From a virus (taxonomy: Duplodnaviria; Heunggongvirae; Uroviricota; Caudoviricetes): 64,000 nt of DNA. Shown one piece after another: positions 20,692-31,036 of this stretch (within the stretch, counting starts at the first letter, position 1; each line of letters begins with the position of its first letter). A program made the translations under genes and the position numbers. The stretch is from positions 89,258-153,257 of the IMG/VR virus record IMGVR_UViG_3300045921_000484; one strand, written 5' to 3'. Below the pieces are notes generated by a model that was not told the DNA's origin, searched no databases, and was given only the letters and a program-made list of their open reading frames with translations.

Positions 20692-21585
20692 ATGAAACAC
20701 CTAATTCAATATAGATTATTTGAATCCAACAAGGATATTGAATCTATCTGCAATAAATATGGTATAGAGAACTGGACTATAAATGAAGATGGATCTATTG
20801 ACGTAAATGGTGATGTTGATCTATCTTATGAAGAATTAGATAAACTACCCATTAAATTTAGAAATGTTACCGGTAATTTCAATTGTTACTATAACAATCT
20901 AACCTATCTAGAAGGTTTTCCCGAATCAGTTGGTGGTCATTTTATCTGTTCCTTTAACAAACTAACCTCACTAGAAGGTGGTCCTAAATCGGTTGGTGGT
21001 AATTTTATCTGTTCCTATAACAATCTAACTTCACTAGAAGGGGCTCCTAAATCGGTTGGTGGTGATTTTATCTGTTCCCATACCGACCTAACCTCACTAG
21101 AAGGCGGTCCTGAATCGGTTGGTGGTGGTTTCGATTGTTGCAATAATTATCTAACTTCACTAGAAGGGTGTCCTAAATCGGTTGGTAGAGATTTCTGGTG
21201 TTACAATAATAAACTAACTTCACTAGAAGGCGGTCCTAAATCGGTTGGTAGAGATTTCTGGTGTTACAATAATAAACTAACATCACTAGAAGGGGGTCCT
21301 AAATGGGTTGGTCGCGATTTCTGGTGTTCTAATAACAACCTAACTTCACTAGAAGGCTATCCCGAATCAGTTGGTGGTCTTTTTAACTGTGAATATAACC
21401 CAGTCTATCAAATATGGAAATTATTTAAGGATAAAGATAAAATAGAATTATTTAATGATATGGATATTATTCAAGGTGATTCCATTATTCTTAATAGATT
21501 AATCGATTTTCTAGACCAAATAGGAAATCCTAAAACGGAAAGTGAATTGAGAAAGTTAATTAAGGATTATAGATTTGTTATTTAA
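20692..21585 (+). CDS. LRR-like 20-aa tandem-repeat protein, paralogue 2 of 4.
   Basis: 297 aa, nine or so repeats, same N- and C-terminal modules as 19914. Only 10 nt from the previous paralogue. Confidence 0.65.
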   Translation: MKHLIQYRLFESNKDIESICNKYGIENWTINEDGSIDVNGDVDLSYEELDKLPIKFRNVTGNFNCYYNNLTYLEGFPESVGGHFICSFNKLTSLEGGPKSVGGNFICSYNNLTSLEGAPKSVGGDFICSHTDLTSLEGGPESVGGGFDCCNNYLTSLEGCPKSVGRDFWCYNNKLTSLEGGPKSVGRDFWCYNNKLTSLEGGPKWVGRDFWCSNNNLTSLEGYPESVGGLFNCEYNPVYQIWKLFKDKDKIELFNDMDIIQGDSIILNRLIDFLDQIGNPKTESELRKLIKDYRFVI

Positions 21586-21641
21586 TTAGACATTATATTT
21601 TACTAATGTCTATTTCATATACAAAAAAATAAATAAATATT

Positions 21642-22451
21642 ATGAGAGTAAACGAATCTTTAAATGATATAGTAGTTAATAGTCTACTTAATCTATGGAA
21701 CTACATAAAGGTTAAGATTTTCAAAAGATTTAGTGGTAATTGTGAGCCTAATAAGTTGAAAATGAATTTGGTCTTTGAAGATACATTTAAGACCTTTGAT
21801 AAGAGTGTTTGGAGAATTGGTCAACCTTGGGGGTTATTTCATCCAGATTATCCATATCAGCACTATGGTGAATCATCAGTTTATGTAAAGGATAATCATC
21901 TCATTCTAGACCAGAAATATAAACCAGCAACTTTAACATGGGAAAATACAAAAACATATCATATACCTTACTCTGTTGGATTGATAACATCCTATAAATC
22001 ATATGGATATGGATATTATGAGTTTGAAGTTCAGCTGCCAAAAGGTAAGGGATTGTGGCCGGCTGTTTGGTTAAGTTGTGATGTTAGTTGGCCACCAGAG
22101 ATAGATATTAATGAGTCATACTCTGATGAAAATGGAAGTTACAAAGGTAAATTAGAAACTAATTTTCATTTTAATTTTAATGAGAATAAGGATTCGTCAG
22201 GGGCTAGAAGTCACATTGTTTATGATGATAGTTCTAAAATTAAGATGTCTTGCTGGTGGACTAAAGACTTTATTAAAATATATTATAATGGTCATTTAGT
22301 TAGACAAATAACATCTGATAAAACATTAAAATGGTTTAGGGATAAGAATATGATTATTATTCTAAATAATGCTATTAGACCAGAGTATAGTGATAAGATA
22401 GGAAAACAAATATCTAAATTTCACATATATAGTGTTAGAGTATGGCAATAG
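21642..22451 (+). CDS. Glycoside hydrolase family 16 (laminarinase / beta-glucanase-like).
   Basis: GLWPAVWLS followed by catalytic EIDINE (ExDxxE), spaced as in GH16 laminarinases. 269 aa. Confidence 0.65.
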   Translation: MRVNESLNDIVVNSLLNLWNYIKVKIFKRFSGNCEPNKLKMNLVFEDTFKTFDKSVWRIGQPWGLFHPDYPYQHYGESSVYVKDNHLILDQKYKPATLTWENTKTYHIPYSVGLITSYKSYGYGYYEFEVQLPKGKGLWPAVWLSCDVSWPPEIDINESYSDENGSYKGKLETNFHFNFNENKDSSGARSHIVYDDSSKIKMSCWWTKDFIKIYYNGHLVRQITSDKTLKWFRDKNMIIILNNAIRPEYSDKIGKQISKFHIYSVRVWQ

Positions 22452-22590
22452 AATTATGTAGATTTAAGATCCTTGGGTTAGTCTAAAACATATATGATTT
22501 GTGAAAAGCATATCAACTCAATAATAAAATCTCCTCTTAGAAAGTTTGAAAGAAAAAAATGTGAGAAGAATAAAATATTAAAAGTATTTA

Positions 22591-22794
22591 ATGAGTAATA
22601 ATAAAGGATATGTCTATGTTCCTTATATAATGAAATCAACTACACAAATTGTTGATTCATCATTTAATATGTTAAAGAGTAGGTATTTAACAACTAATAT
22701 TAGTGGTAGTTTTTATGGATTCTTTATGAGTAAGATAACAAAGAGAATTAGTAAAATAGAAAAAGTATTTGAAATAAAAAACCCAACTGAATAG
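22591..22794 (+). CDS. Small hypothetical protein.
   Basis: 67-aa ORF that ends inside the 22776 terminator hairpin. Confidence 0.3.
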   Translation: MSNNKGYVYVPYIMKSTTQIVDSSFNMLKSRYLTTNISGSFYGFFMSKITKRISKIEKVFEIKNPTE

Positions 22795-22808
22795 TTGGGT
22801 TTTTTTTA
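22776..22808 (+). terminator. Intrinsic terminator.
   Basis: ACCCAACT-gaat-AGTTGGGT then T8. Confidence 0.7.
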
Positions 22809-22812
22809 TTTG

Positions 22813-22890
22813 TTATATTTCTTCACTGTAATTAGTTAAAAAGGATATCGATGATTGTATTGATAAGATAGACACAGTTGTTAATACACA
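22813..22890 (+). repeat. Non-coding duplicate of the 3' part of gene 19527..19832. Forms a direct repeat with 19722-19795.
   Basis: tcactgtaattagttaaaaaggatatcgatgattgtattgataagatagacacagttgttaat versus tcactacaagtagctaaaaaggatattgatgattgtattgataagatagacactgtaatcaat. Confidence 0.6.
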
Positions 22891-22913
22891 TTAGTCTTTA
22901 TCTGATATTTATT

Positions 22914-23420
22914 TCATTTGTTAAATCTTAGTTTATATAATGTCTTATATACTAAAGCCAAAACTTCATCGATTATGTTGTGTAAATGGGTATCTTCAGC
23001 TGATATACATTTTCTTTCAGCTTTTATAAACTCGGCAACTTCCTTGAAATATTCAACCTTATCTTTACTTTTAGTAGTTGATGTATCAATTATATCATAT
23101 CCATCAATTATATCATATTGACCTTGATATATTTCAATTAAATCATCAATAAATCCTAAAATATTATCATAATATGTACCAAGTGCCATATGTGCTGCAT
23201 ATGAACCCTCATCACCTCTAACTTGTAGGTGATAAACGTGAGCCATCTCTCTTGACTCAAATAGTTTAGAAAAGAATTTCGCGGGACCTGTTGAACCTTG
23301 TTCTTCATTCTCTTCTTTTTTTGGATTTTCTTCACCTGTTAATTTAGCAAGAGGAGTTTCTTTTTCTTCTTGTTCATTTACTTTTTTCCAATTTTTACTA
23401 AAATCTGAAAATTTTTTCAT
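22914..23420 (-). CDS. Hypothetical protein.
   Basis: 168-aa ORF. Confidence 0.5.
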   Translation of the reverse strand: MKKFSDFSKNWKKVNEQEEKETPLAKLTGEENPKKEENEEQGSTGPAKFFSKLFESREMAHVYHLQVRGDEGSYAAHMALGTYYDNILGFIDDLIEIYQGQYDIIDGYDIIDTSTTKSKDKVEYFKEVAEFIKAERKCISAEDTHLHNIIDEVLALVYKTLYKLRFNK

Positions 23421-23579
23421 ATTTTTTTTATTCGTTTTTTTATGAAATACACATTATCTAAAGACTAACGTGTTTCGGGTTTTGTTTAATGTCCGACTTA
23501 ATTCCTGAACCAGACAATATTTTTAAACCTTTTTTATATGTTTGTTAAATTTATTACATTATAAAATACAAGGTATATA

Positions 23580-23939
23580 TTACTTTTTTGAAATATAAAT
23601 TTCATATATTTCATTTATATCATAAATCTCACCATCATAGTAGTATCCTTCGCTTGATGATATAACACAATTATGTCTTAACCATTCAGCAAATGATTTA
23701 GATTCTAACTTAATAAGTGGATATATGATTGAATCATTCTTATTCTCTAATACCACCTCTGTCTCATCCACTTTGTTTATAACATATTCAGACAGATTAT
23801 CCATTCCAGTTATTATTGTGTCAGCCTTATAAGCTGCTTCACCTTGATTGTCTGCCGGGATTATTAATTCGACCTCGGCATTTACTTTAAAGTGCTTTTT
23901 ATCACTTACTTCCTCTACTATTTTTGTAAATTTTTTCAT
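23580..23939 (-). CDS. Hypothetical protein.
   Basis: 119-aa ORF. Confidence 0.45.
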   Translation of the reverse strand: MKKFTKIVEEVSDKKHFKVNAEVELIIPADNQGEAAYKADTIITGMDNLSEYVINKVDETEVVLENKNDSIIYPLIKLESKSFAEWLRHNCVISSSEGYYYDGEIYDINEIYEIYISKK

Positions 23940-23983
23940 TATTTCATTTTATATTTAATATAGCCACCTATTGGATCTGGTGG

Positions 23984-25069
23984 TTATTCTTTTGTTACAT
24001 TTGGATCAAATTCATATAATTTAACTAACTTATTTTTAAGTTTCTTACCACATCTATTGAGTCTTCTACCCATTAGATAGACAAATTGATTGAAGTCTAT
24101 ATGTTCTATCATTCTATCATTTATAGAGTGATCTTCTTTTTCTTCCTCAACATACTTTCTATATTGAAACAGCCACATTTTTTTTAATGAATCTTTAGTT
24201 TTTTGAATGTCTTTACCCTCTAACATAATTATTTCTTCTAGTTGATAGATGAAATCATCCGGGTCAAATGATTCCATATATTTAGCGTATTCCCATGCAT
24301 TTGTATTATACAACGAATTAATACCATATTTAGATACATGATATGCTGCTTCCTGAACTTGAGCGTTCATCTCATGCTTTTCTGAAACGTATAAATAATA
24401 TATGAAATTATTATTCCAAAAATCATATATTTTTTTTGATATTTTCCAACTATTTATGTCAGTATTTGTGATTGCTAGCCTTGGCGATCTTTTATATATT
24501 GGTCCACGTCCTCTTATTAATCTATTATAATACTCATATGAATGATTTAATTCGTGCCAAATAGTCTCATTTATATCATCTGATATTTTTTTAAGGTTTA
24601 TTCCTTCTAACTTATAATTTTTTGATATTGTAATATTTATACCTATATCAATAATAATTCCGTGGTCTGTTGCTTTTTTTATAGGGTTGGTAATTTTAGA
24701 ATATCCTGTCCAATTTATATGACCGAATCTTGATGCCCATCCACTAACTGCATGCTTGGATCTTTTTGTATCATTTTCATCTATTTTATATCTTTTGTTA
24801 AATCTATATGGACTTAATTTATCAAATTTTAAATTTAGTGATATACCAACAACGGGGAATTTCGAATATAGATTTCTATCTTTAATATTTCTGTAAAATC
24901 TTCTATATGGGATAGTTATAGATTCATCAAGTTCATTATCTTCTGACTTAATAAAATCTTTTAGGTAGTTCATAGTGTGGTTGAATATAGTTTCTATATA
25001 AAATAAGGTTGGCTCAGCAACACCTAATCTTTCATTTACTGAAAAATCTTTAAAATTAAAAATACCCAT
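23984..25069 (-). CDS. Hypothetical protein with HExxH motif (possible zinc metallopeptidase).
   Basis: 361 aa. Contains WHELNHSYEY (HELNH). No other family signature recognised. Confidence 0.45.
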   Translation of the reverse strand: MGIFNFKDFSVNERLGVAEPTLFYIETIFNHTMNYLKDFIKSEDNELDESITIPYRRFYRNIKDRNLYSKFPVVGISLNLKFDKLSPYRFNKRYKIDENDTKRSKHAVSGWASRFGHINWTGYSKITNPIKKATDHGIIIDIGINITISKNYKLEGINLKKISDDINETIWHELNHSYEYYNRLIRGRGPIYKRSPRLAITNTDINSWKISKKIYDFWNNNFIYYLYVSEKHEMNAQVQEAAYHVSKYGINSLYNTNAWEYAKYMESFDPDDFIYQLEEIIMLEGKDIQKTKDSLKKMWLFQYRKYVEEEKEDHSINDRMIEHIDFNQFVYLMGRRLNRCGKKLKNKLVKLYEFDPNVTKE

Positions 25070-25233
25070 AAACTATATATTAAAAGTCTATGGGTATTTT
25101 TTTAATCTATTTGTATATTATAAAATTATTTCTTTATTATTAATATTTTTGTTGATTTTAATAAAATGTAAAATCGGAATTTAATATATAAAATCGGAAT
25201 TTAATATAAAAAATAAAAATATAAATATTACAT

Positions 25234-25509
25234 ATGCGATTTATAAAAAATTTTGAGAAGTTCCTTGAGAGTGTAGAGGCAGCTGATCCAATCGTTGATC
25301 CTGGTAAAACAAAAACAAAACCTACTGTTAAACCTATTAAACCAGGTGCTCCATCTCCTATTAGAAGGGATAAACCTTCTGTTGATCCTAAGCCAAAAGC
25401 TTTTACTGATAAGGAAAAAAAATTAGCTACATTTGATGATGTCGCGGAGAGATTTATTAATCTTATGAAAGAAAGGGGAGAAGATATAAAAAAATTTATA
25501 GATAAGTAA
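25234..25509 (+). CDS. Small basic, proline-rich hypothetical protein.
   Basis: 91-aa ORF. Its stop overlaps the next ATG (TAATG). Confidence 0.4.
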   Translation: MRFIKNFEKFLESVEAADPIVDPGKTKTKPTVKPIKPGAPSPIRRDKPSVDPKPKAFTDKEKKLATFDDVAERFINLMKERGEDIKKFIDK

Positions 25510-27011
25510 TGAAAAATTTTTCAAAATTTATAAAAGAAGAAATCACTATAAAAGGTAATAGTGGTATTCCTGGTGAATCAGGTAATAACAAGAATAGTGA
25601 AAAACAATATCTATCTGATGTTGAACGCAGAGCTAGACAAAGATTGGGTGTTCCAAGAGAGGAGAATCCAATGATTGAACCACCTATTCAAACTATGAGT
25701 ATAGTCCAAGAGTTAAATGAATTAATGCAAAAATCGATGGGATTCATTAGAGGAAATGAGAAAGAATTGGAAGATTTAGCAAAAAGAATAATTTTATCAG
25801 AATATGGATCTATATTGGAAAATGTTGATTTAGATATCAAGATTATTAAACCGGAAGATGTTAAAGATTTTATGGACGAAGAGTGTGAGGATTGCCAACT
25901 ACCTTCATATCAGTTATTAACTGATCCAGAAATTAAAAAGGAAGTTGATAAGAGAAAAATACTTAATAACATAACTCAAGGTGAGGCTAAGAATACTAAA
26001 AGAATATTAGCTATGCCTGAAGTTAAAGATGAACTTATTTCTATACTTGGTGATAAAAATGGTAAAGAAGCTCACAGAGTTTGGACAAGAATTACTGAGT
26101 TAGCTGATAAATTGGATTGGTTAATTCCAGTTTATATTAAGGCAGATATGATGGAAAGAGCTCCCCAAGGAATGGCGGGTGCTTGTTCTGTTAAATGGCC
26201 TGGTAAAAAATCAGATGAAGAGTCTGAAGATTTATCTGGTAAAGTATTGAAGGATTTAGAAAATGGAGATATAGATGATAATAATGAAGATTTAAAAGAT
26301 TTATTATCCAATGGTAATCCCATAATTAAAGCTAGAGGTGTTGACTTTCCTATGTTATTACATGAGACTGTTAAAGGTATTTATGAGTTGATAGCAGCTG
26401 CTGGTATTCCAGAAGATAAGAGAACTGCTGAATTAGTTATTTTAAATACTAGTTCATTCTCTGATGAGGCTGAAGAATTTAGATTTGGTCCTGAAATAGC
26501 TGCTGATATAAGAGACTTTGTTAATAAAACAAAAAAGAATATTGATAATTATACAAATGTTAGAGAGAAATTCTGTGGTAAGTTGGCTGCTATGCCAGCT
26601 GAGCAGTTTTTACTCTTAGTTAAGAATATATTATCTGATGCTCCTTCTGCTAGAACTAAGGTTGATGAAATTATACAAAGTATAATGGATGAAGAAGATA
26701 ATTATAAAAGAGAATTAGCTGAATATGAAGCTGCTGCTAAATTAGGTGAATTTGATCAGGATGAAGATGATGAAAGAAGTGAGTTTGAACAAGAAGATCC
26801 TGATGAAAATCCTGTTAATAAAAAACCATATGAGAAAATGACTCAATCTGAAATTCAACAAGAAATCGATAAAGCTGTTGAGGAAGAAAATTATGAATTA
26901 GCCGGTGAACTTACTAGAAAATTCTTAAAAGGCGAGGCTAAAATGATTTGGGAAACAGAATTAAGAAGAATTAATGAAGGTCATTTTTCCATACACAAGA
27001 AAAATAATTAA
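25509..27011 (+). CDS. Hypothetical protein (acidic, 500 aa).
   Basis: Long clean ORF with acidic C-terminal third. Confidence 0.55.
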   Translation: MKNFSKFIKEEITIKGNSGIPGESGNNKNSEKQYLSDVERRARQRLGVPREENPMIEPPIQTMSIVQELNELMQKSMGFIRGNEKELEDLAKRIILSEYGSILENVDLDIKIIKPEDVKDFMDEECEDCQLPSYQLLTDPEIKKEVDKRKILNNITQGEAKNTKRILAMPEVKDELISILGDKNGKEAHRVWTRITELADKLDWLIPVYIKADMMERAPQGMAGACSVKWPGKKSDEESEDLSGKVLKDLENGDIDDNNEDLKDLLSNGNPIIKARGVDFPMLLHETVKGIYELIAAAGIPEDKRTAELVILNTSSFSDEAEEFRFGPEIAADIRDFVNKTKKNIDNYTNVREKFCGKLAAMPAEQFLLLVKNILSDAPSARTKVDEIIQSIMDEEDNYKRELAEYEAAAKLGEFDQDEDDERSEFEQEDPDENPVNKKPYEKMTQSEIQQEIDKAVEEENYELAGELTRKFLKGEAKMIWETELRRINEGHFSIHKKNN

Positions 27012-27017
27012 AGAGCA

Positions 27018-28955
27018 ATGAAGTTATTTAAATACAATCAATTTTTAAGAGGTGATATTTTAAATGAGAACCTTGATAAAGCTAAAAAGTTTTTAAAGGA
27101 TAGATATATTTTAATTACCGCTGCTAAAGAATTAAATCTTTTGACTGGTGAGTTGGCTGCTCAATTGAAGCATGGGGAAAAGAGAACTGCTACAATGAAA
27201 GATTTTACACCTGAGCAACAGGCATTATTAAAGTCTAAGATGAGAGACATTAAGATCTCTGATGAGCAAGCTAGAACTATTGAGAGAGATCCAGATTTTG
27301 TTAAACTTAGAGAGCTATTAAAGGATAACTTGGGATATCTTTATGCGTTCACATATTTTTATTATGTGGAAATGGTAGGATTCAAAGAATTAGAAGATTT
27401 GTATAATGATTTGATTGAAAATAAACAGCTATTGGATAAGCTACCTAAGAAATTTGATGCTAATTTCATCGATCCTAATATCGATAATAACTTTGAGAAG
27501 TTGGTTGATGGTATTAATTATATTAAAGATTATAGAAAAATAAAAAAAGTTATTGATAAATTAACTCCAGAGCTTAAAAAGGATTATAATAATTCTCCAC
27601 CAGCTATTAAGGAATTATTTGATGGTATTGCTATAGCATTCACTGATGAATTGGGTAAAGGTGATGATGGTAAAATAGATACAGTTAAACAAGAGAAGCT
27701 ATGGAAATCATTCTTCGGTGAGGTTAGAGAGATTGCTGGTGTTGGTAGAAGATATTTTGGATCTTTAAGAAGATATAAGAATATTAGAGAGTTCATAAAA
27801 GCCGCTCAAAACTTCTTAGTGTCGAGTCAAAATGAGGGCATAGTTGCCTTCTATGATAGAATCGATAAATGTAATGAGAAGTATGGTTATTTAGGTGCTG
27901 ATATTGTATTTGATGAGAATGGTATATTAATAATTGAGGTTAAATCCTTCCAAGCTAATCAGATGTTAAATGGCCATACTAGACACTGTATCAAGGATTA
28001 TATGAGTCAGTGGGAAAGCTATGTAACTAATAGAGATGCTAAGCAATATTACATTTACAATTTTAATATTGGTCAGTATGATAATAAATCTGTTATTGGT
28101 ATAACTATTATACCTGGTAGAGATAAGAATTATGCTTGTCACCTTAAAGATGATACTGGATTCAGAAATCAAATAAAATCTCAATTGCAAGCTTGGCAGA
28201 AAGAATATAATATTAGTACCGATATATATAACGATATACTTATTCCTATTAGTCCTGAAGAGCTTGCTAGAAGAGAAAAAGCTAAAGTTGCTAATAGGGA
28301 GATAGTTAAGAAAGGTATCAGTATTGAGCAAATAAAGAAATATGTTAAAGAAGATGGTGCTGATATCAACAAAGATAGATGTATTGCCTTAGTAAATGCT
28401 GTTGAGGAGAATGACTTAGAAAAAGTTAAAGTAATATTATCACTTGGTGGTTCACCCAACTTGAGAACAGGTTCTGAGGCTGCTATAAGTAAAGCTTCAA
28501 CACTTGATATGATTAAGTTATTGGTTGCTAATGGATCTGAGTTAACATCTGAGGTATTTAATAGTATTGTTGATGACGTTGGTGCAGTTGAGTATTGTTT
28601 AAATAATGGACTGGACCCTAACTTTGGGAATAGCCTTCCTATTAGAAGAGCTTGTAGAGGGAACTATACAGATAGAACTAAGGAAAGCCATGGGTACTTT
28701 GATGTATTTAAGTTACTTATAGATCATGGTGCTAGGTTAACGGATGATAGAGGTAGACATATGGGTATTAAGTGGGCGGCTGAGTATGGTAGGATTAGTT
28801 TTATCGAATATATGATTCGTGAAAGAAATATTAGGGTTGGATTTAAGGAAGCAATTGATTGGGTTAGTCACAGTAGAAAAATGACAGATGATGCGAAGGC
28901 TAAAGTACTAGATTATTTAAGAGAAAAAGCTAATAAATATGAAAGTGGAAAATGA
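27018..28955 (+). CDS. Hypothetical protein with C-terminal ankyrin-like repeats.
   Basis: 645 aa. C-terminal ~200 aa show ANK-like periodicity (DRCIALVNAVEENDLEKVKVILSLGGSPNLRT..., LDPNFGNSLPIRRACRGN..., FKLLIDHGARLTDD). Confidence 0.55.
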   Translation: MKLFKYNQFLRGDILNENLDKAKKFLKDRYILITAAKELNLLTGELAAQLKHGEKRTATMKDFTPEQQALLKSKMRDIKISDEQARTIERDPDFVKLRELLKDNLGYLYAFTYFYYVEMVGFKELEDLYNDLIENKQLLDKLPKKFDANFIDPNIDNNFEKLVDGINYIKDYRKIKKVIDKLTPELKKDYNNSPPAIKELFDGIAIAFTDELGKGDDGKIDTVKQEKLWKSFFGEVREIAGVGRRYFGSLRRYKNIREFIKAAQNFLVSSQNEGIVAFYDRIDKCNEKYGYLGADIVFDENGILIIEVKSFQANQMLNGHTRHCIKDYMSQWESYVTNRDAKQYYIYNFNIGQYDNKSVIGITIIPGRDKNYACHLKDDTGFRNQIKSQLQAWQKEYNISTDIYNDILIPISPEELARREKAKVANREIVKKGISIEQIKKYVKEDGADINKDRCIALVNAVEENDLEKVKVILSLGGSPNLRTGSEAAISKASTLDMIKLLVANGSELTSEVFNSIVDDVGAVEYCLNNGLDPNFGNSLPIRRACRGNYTDRTKESHGYFDVFKLLIDHGARLTDDRGRHMGIKWAAEYGRISFIEYMIRERNIRVGFKEAIDWVSHSRKMTDDAKAKVLDYLREKANKYESGK

Positions 28956-28992
28956 AAAAGAAACCCAATCTTATTATTGGGTTTCTTTTTTT
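28955..28992. terminator. Bidirectional intrinsic terminator between convergent genes.
   Basis: AGAAACCCAAT-cttatt-ATTGGGTTTCT flanked by A-run and T-run. Confidence 0.7.
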
Positions 28993-29678
28993 AGTATTTG
29001 ATATAATAAATATGCATCATTGCAGTCTTCATATGGTTTAGGTATGGTTGATATACTTGTTAAATCATCTTTTAATGATAAACAGTGTTTTTTCCAGTCA
29101 TCATTTAGTTTTTCATTTTCTATGATAGCTAAGTACATATCTATTTTTTGAAACTTACCACCACTTATACCTATTTTATTCTTGTATATAAACTCTTGTC
29201 TCGGTTTTTTACCACCTATTTCTTTTATTATTGGTGGGTAGGTTAATTTACAAGCTTCTAGTTTTAATGTTGATGGTGATAATACTAATATATTCTTTGA
29301 TATTTGGTCATATAGTTTCTTTCTCAATAGTGTTGAGAATGTAACAAGGTCAATTAAGTCGCCAACCTGGGCACCAAAGTTATATCCTTCGATTCCTATT
29401 TTTGTAGGTTGTGATTGATCAATATTATTCAAGATGTCTTGGATAATATCATTAGTTATTTTATCATAATCTTTTAACTTCGTTAACTCACCTTCTGAGT
29501 AATCTTCAAAATCATGGTATTCTATAAACTTATAGATAACATGCTCTTCAGCTAATTTGAACCATTTAGTCATTCCGGTCTTTCCATAAACCTTTGATTC
29601 TCTGCAATAATTGATTATTTTACCATTAACAACAATGGCTGTTGAAATTAATGATGGATCTATTCCTACTATATTCAT
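28974..29678 (-). CDS. RuvC-like Holliday-junction resolvase (tentative).
   Basis: 234 aa. N-terminus MNIVGIDPSLISTAIVV resembles the RuvC/YqgF start (IILGIDPG..TG.AV) with the first catalytic Asp. Confidence 0.4.
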   Translation of the reverse strand: MNIVGIDPSLISTAIVVNGKIINYCRESKVYGKTGMTKWFKLAEEHVIYKFIEYHDFEDYSEGELTKLKDYDKITNDIIQDILNNIDQSQPTKIGIEGYNFGAQVGDLIDLVTFSTLLRKKLYDQISKNILVLSPSTLKLEACKLTYPPIIKEIGGKKPRQEFIYKNKIGISGGKFQKIDMYLAIIENEKLNDDWKKHCLSLKDDLTSISTIPKPYEDCNDAYLLYQILKKETQ

Positions 29679-29752
29679 AATCTATATAGTAAATATCATT
29701 TTCTATATCGGTCTATATTTTATTGAAATATTTGAAAATAAATGATTCTTTA

Positions 29753-30214
29753 TCACTTGTAGTGAATTTTACTATTTTTATCCATAATATATCTTTGTGG
29801 ATTTACCGGTGGTTTATTTCCTTTTTTAGTTATTACTAATTCATAGTAAGCATCATTTTCACCAAAGTCTGAGAAATACACCTCTAACCCATATAGACCA
29901 AGTTTATCATTAACGTGTCCTATTAGTTCAATTATTTTCGGTTCTAAATAATGTAAAACAGGTAAGTTCATTGGAAATTCTGCTTTTTTATTATAAAATG
30001 TTACTACGAAGGAATTTGGATCTTTTTCTATAATAGAAGACTGTAATGAATTATCAACCATATAGTCTAATTCTGGAAACTCATCAGTTATTTCATAAAG
30101 TATTTCATCGAGTTCATAATACTTTATGCCAAAACTAACTGGTGGATTTCCAAATTCCACTTTATTATCTGGTGCATATCCCTCCTTTATAAATTGATCA
30201 TATTTTAGTATCAT
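29753..30214 (-). CDS. Hypothetical protein.
   Basis: 153-aa ORF. Confidence 0.45.
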   Translation of the reverse strand: MILKYDQFIKEGYAPDNKVEFGNPPVSFGIKYYELDEILYEITDEFPELDYMVDNSLQSSIIEKDPNSFVVTFYNKKAEFPMNLPVLHYLEPKIIELIGHVNDKLGLYGLEVYFSDFGENDAYYELVITKKGNKPPVNPQRYIMDKNSKIHYK

Positions 30215-30279
30215 AATGGTATATATTAATTTTTGATTTTATAAAAAATCCTTATATTTGTATAATTGATCACTTTAAT

Positions 30280-30519
30280 ATGAAGGAAAATAAACTTAAT
30301 AACACAGACGCGCTCAAATTCATTGGTATTGTTACTGAAGGTGTTTATAGACACGGTAAGAAATCAAAAATAACTACCGATGCACAATCTGTTAGGGTGT
30401 TTCAATATGTTATTAATAAGTTAAAACTCAAAAACCTACCTGATTTTATAGAAGTTTGGCACGAGGGTAAATGTGGTAAATATGGTAGAACATTGACAGT
30501 TCCTTCAATAAGTTTTTAG
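30280..30519 (+). CDS. Small hypothetical protein.
   Basis: 79-aa ORF. Confidence 0.35.
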   Translation: MKENKLNNTDALKFIGIVTEGVYRHGKKSKITTDAQSVRVFQYVINKLKLKNLPDFIEVWHEGKCGKYGRTLTVPSISF

Positions 30520-30523
30520 GAAA

Positions 30524-31012
30524 ATGATAGATTTAGTATTTTCATTGTTAGTGATGATTATAATTGCTTGGTATTTTGCCACAAATAATAGGTGGAAGGA
30601 TATATCTTGGGAAATTCGAAACGGGCTTAAATGTCTTTCTTGTAAAGAAGATATCTATACATTGGAAGAAGAAACCGAATTATGGATGTCAGGAAAACTA
30701 CCTTTGAAAAAAGGTGTTAATAATATTACAACTTGTAAGTCTTGTAAACGTGATGAGTCAATTGATATTCTTTTTGGGAAAAAGAGTAATTTACTTATAA
30801 AGCTTAGGAATTATCTTATATCTGATGGGTCGGGAAAATTGATATTTATATTGACAGCGGTTCTATTAAGTGTTACCGTGATTAATTTTATTTGCATCTT
30901 ATTAGGTATTAAGGGATTTGGTGTTGTCTTAAACTCAATTAATATATTATACTGGATAATTATGTTTATTATAAAACGTAAATATTTATCAATAAAAAAT
31001 CCCTCTCAATAA
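30524..31012 (+). CDS. Membrane protein with two CxxC pairs (zinc-ribbon-like).
   Basis: 162 aa. N-terminal TM segment, CLSCKED...CKSCKRD, two C-terminal TM segments. Confidence 0.45.
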   Translation: MIDLVFSLLVMIIIAWYFATNNRWKDISWEIRNGLKCLSCKEDIYTLEEETELWMSGKLPLKKGVNNITTCKSCKRDESIDILFGKKSNLLIKLRNYLISDGSGKLIFILTAVLLSVTVINFICILLGIKGFGVVLNSINILYWIIMFIIKRKYLSIKNPSQ

Positions 31013-31036
31013 GACCGATTAAGTTAAGTATGATAT

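Noticed and set aside
20100-21400. Highly regular 60-nt periodic repeats (also at 42100-42600 and 43300-43760) that superficially resemble a CRISPR array.
   Set aside because: The repeats are in-frame coding repeats of LRR-like proteins with variable 'spacers' of only a few codons. The unit is 60 nt with no repeat/spacer alternation and no leader or cas genes.
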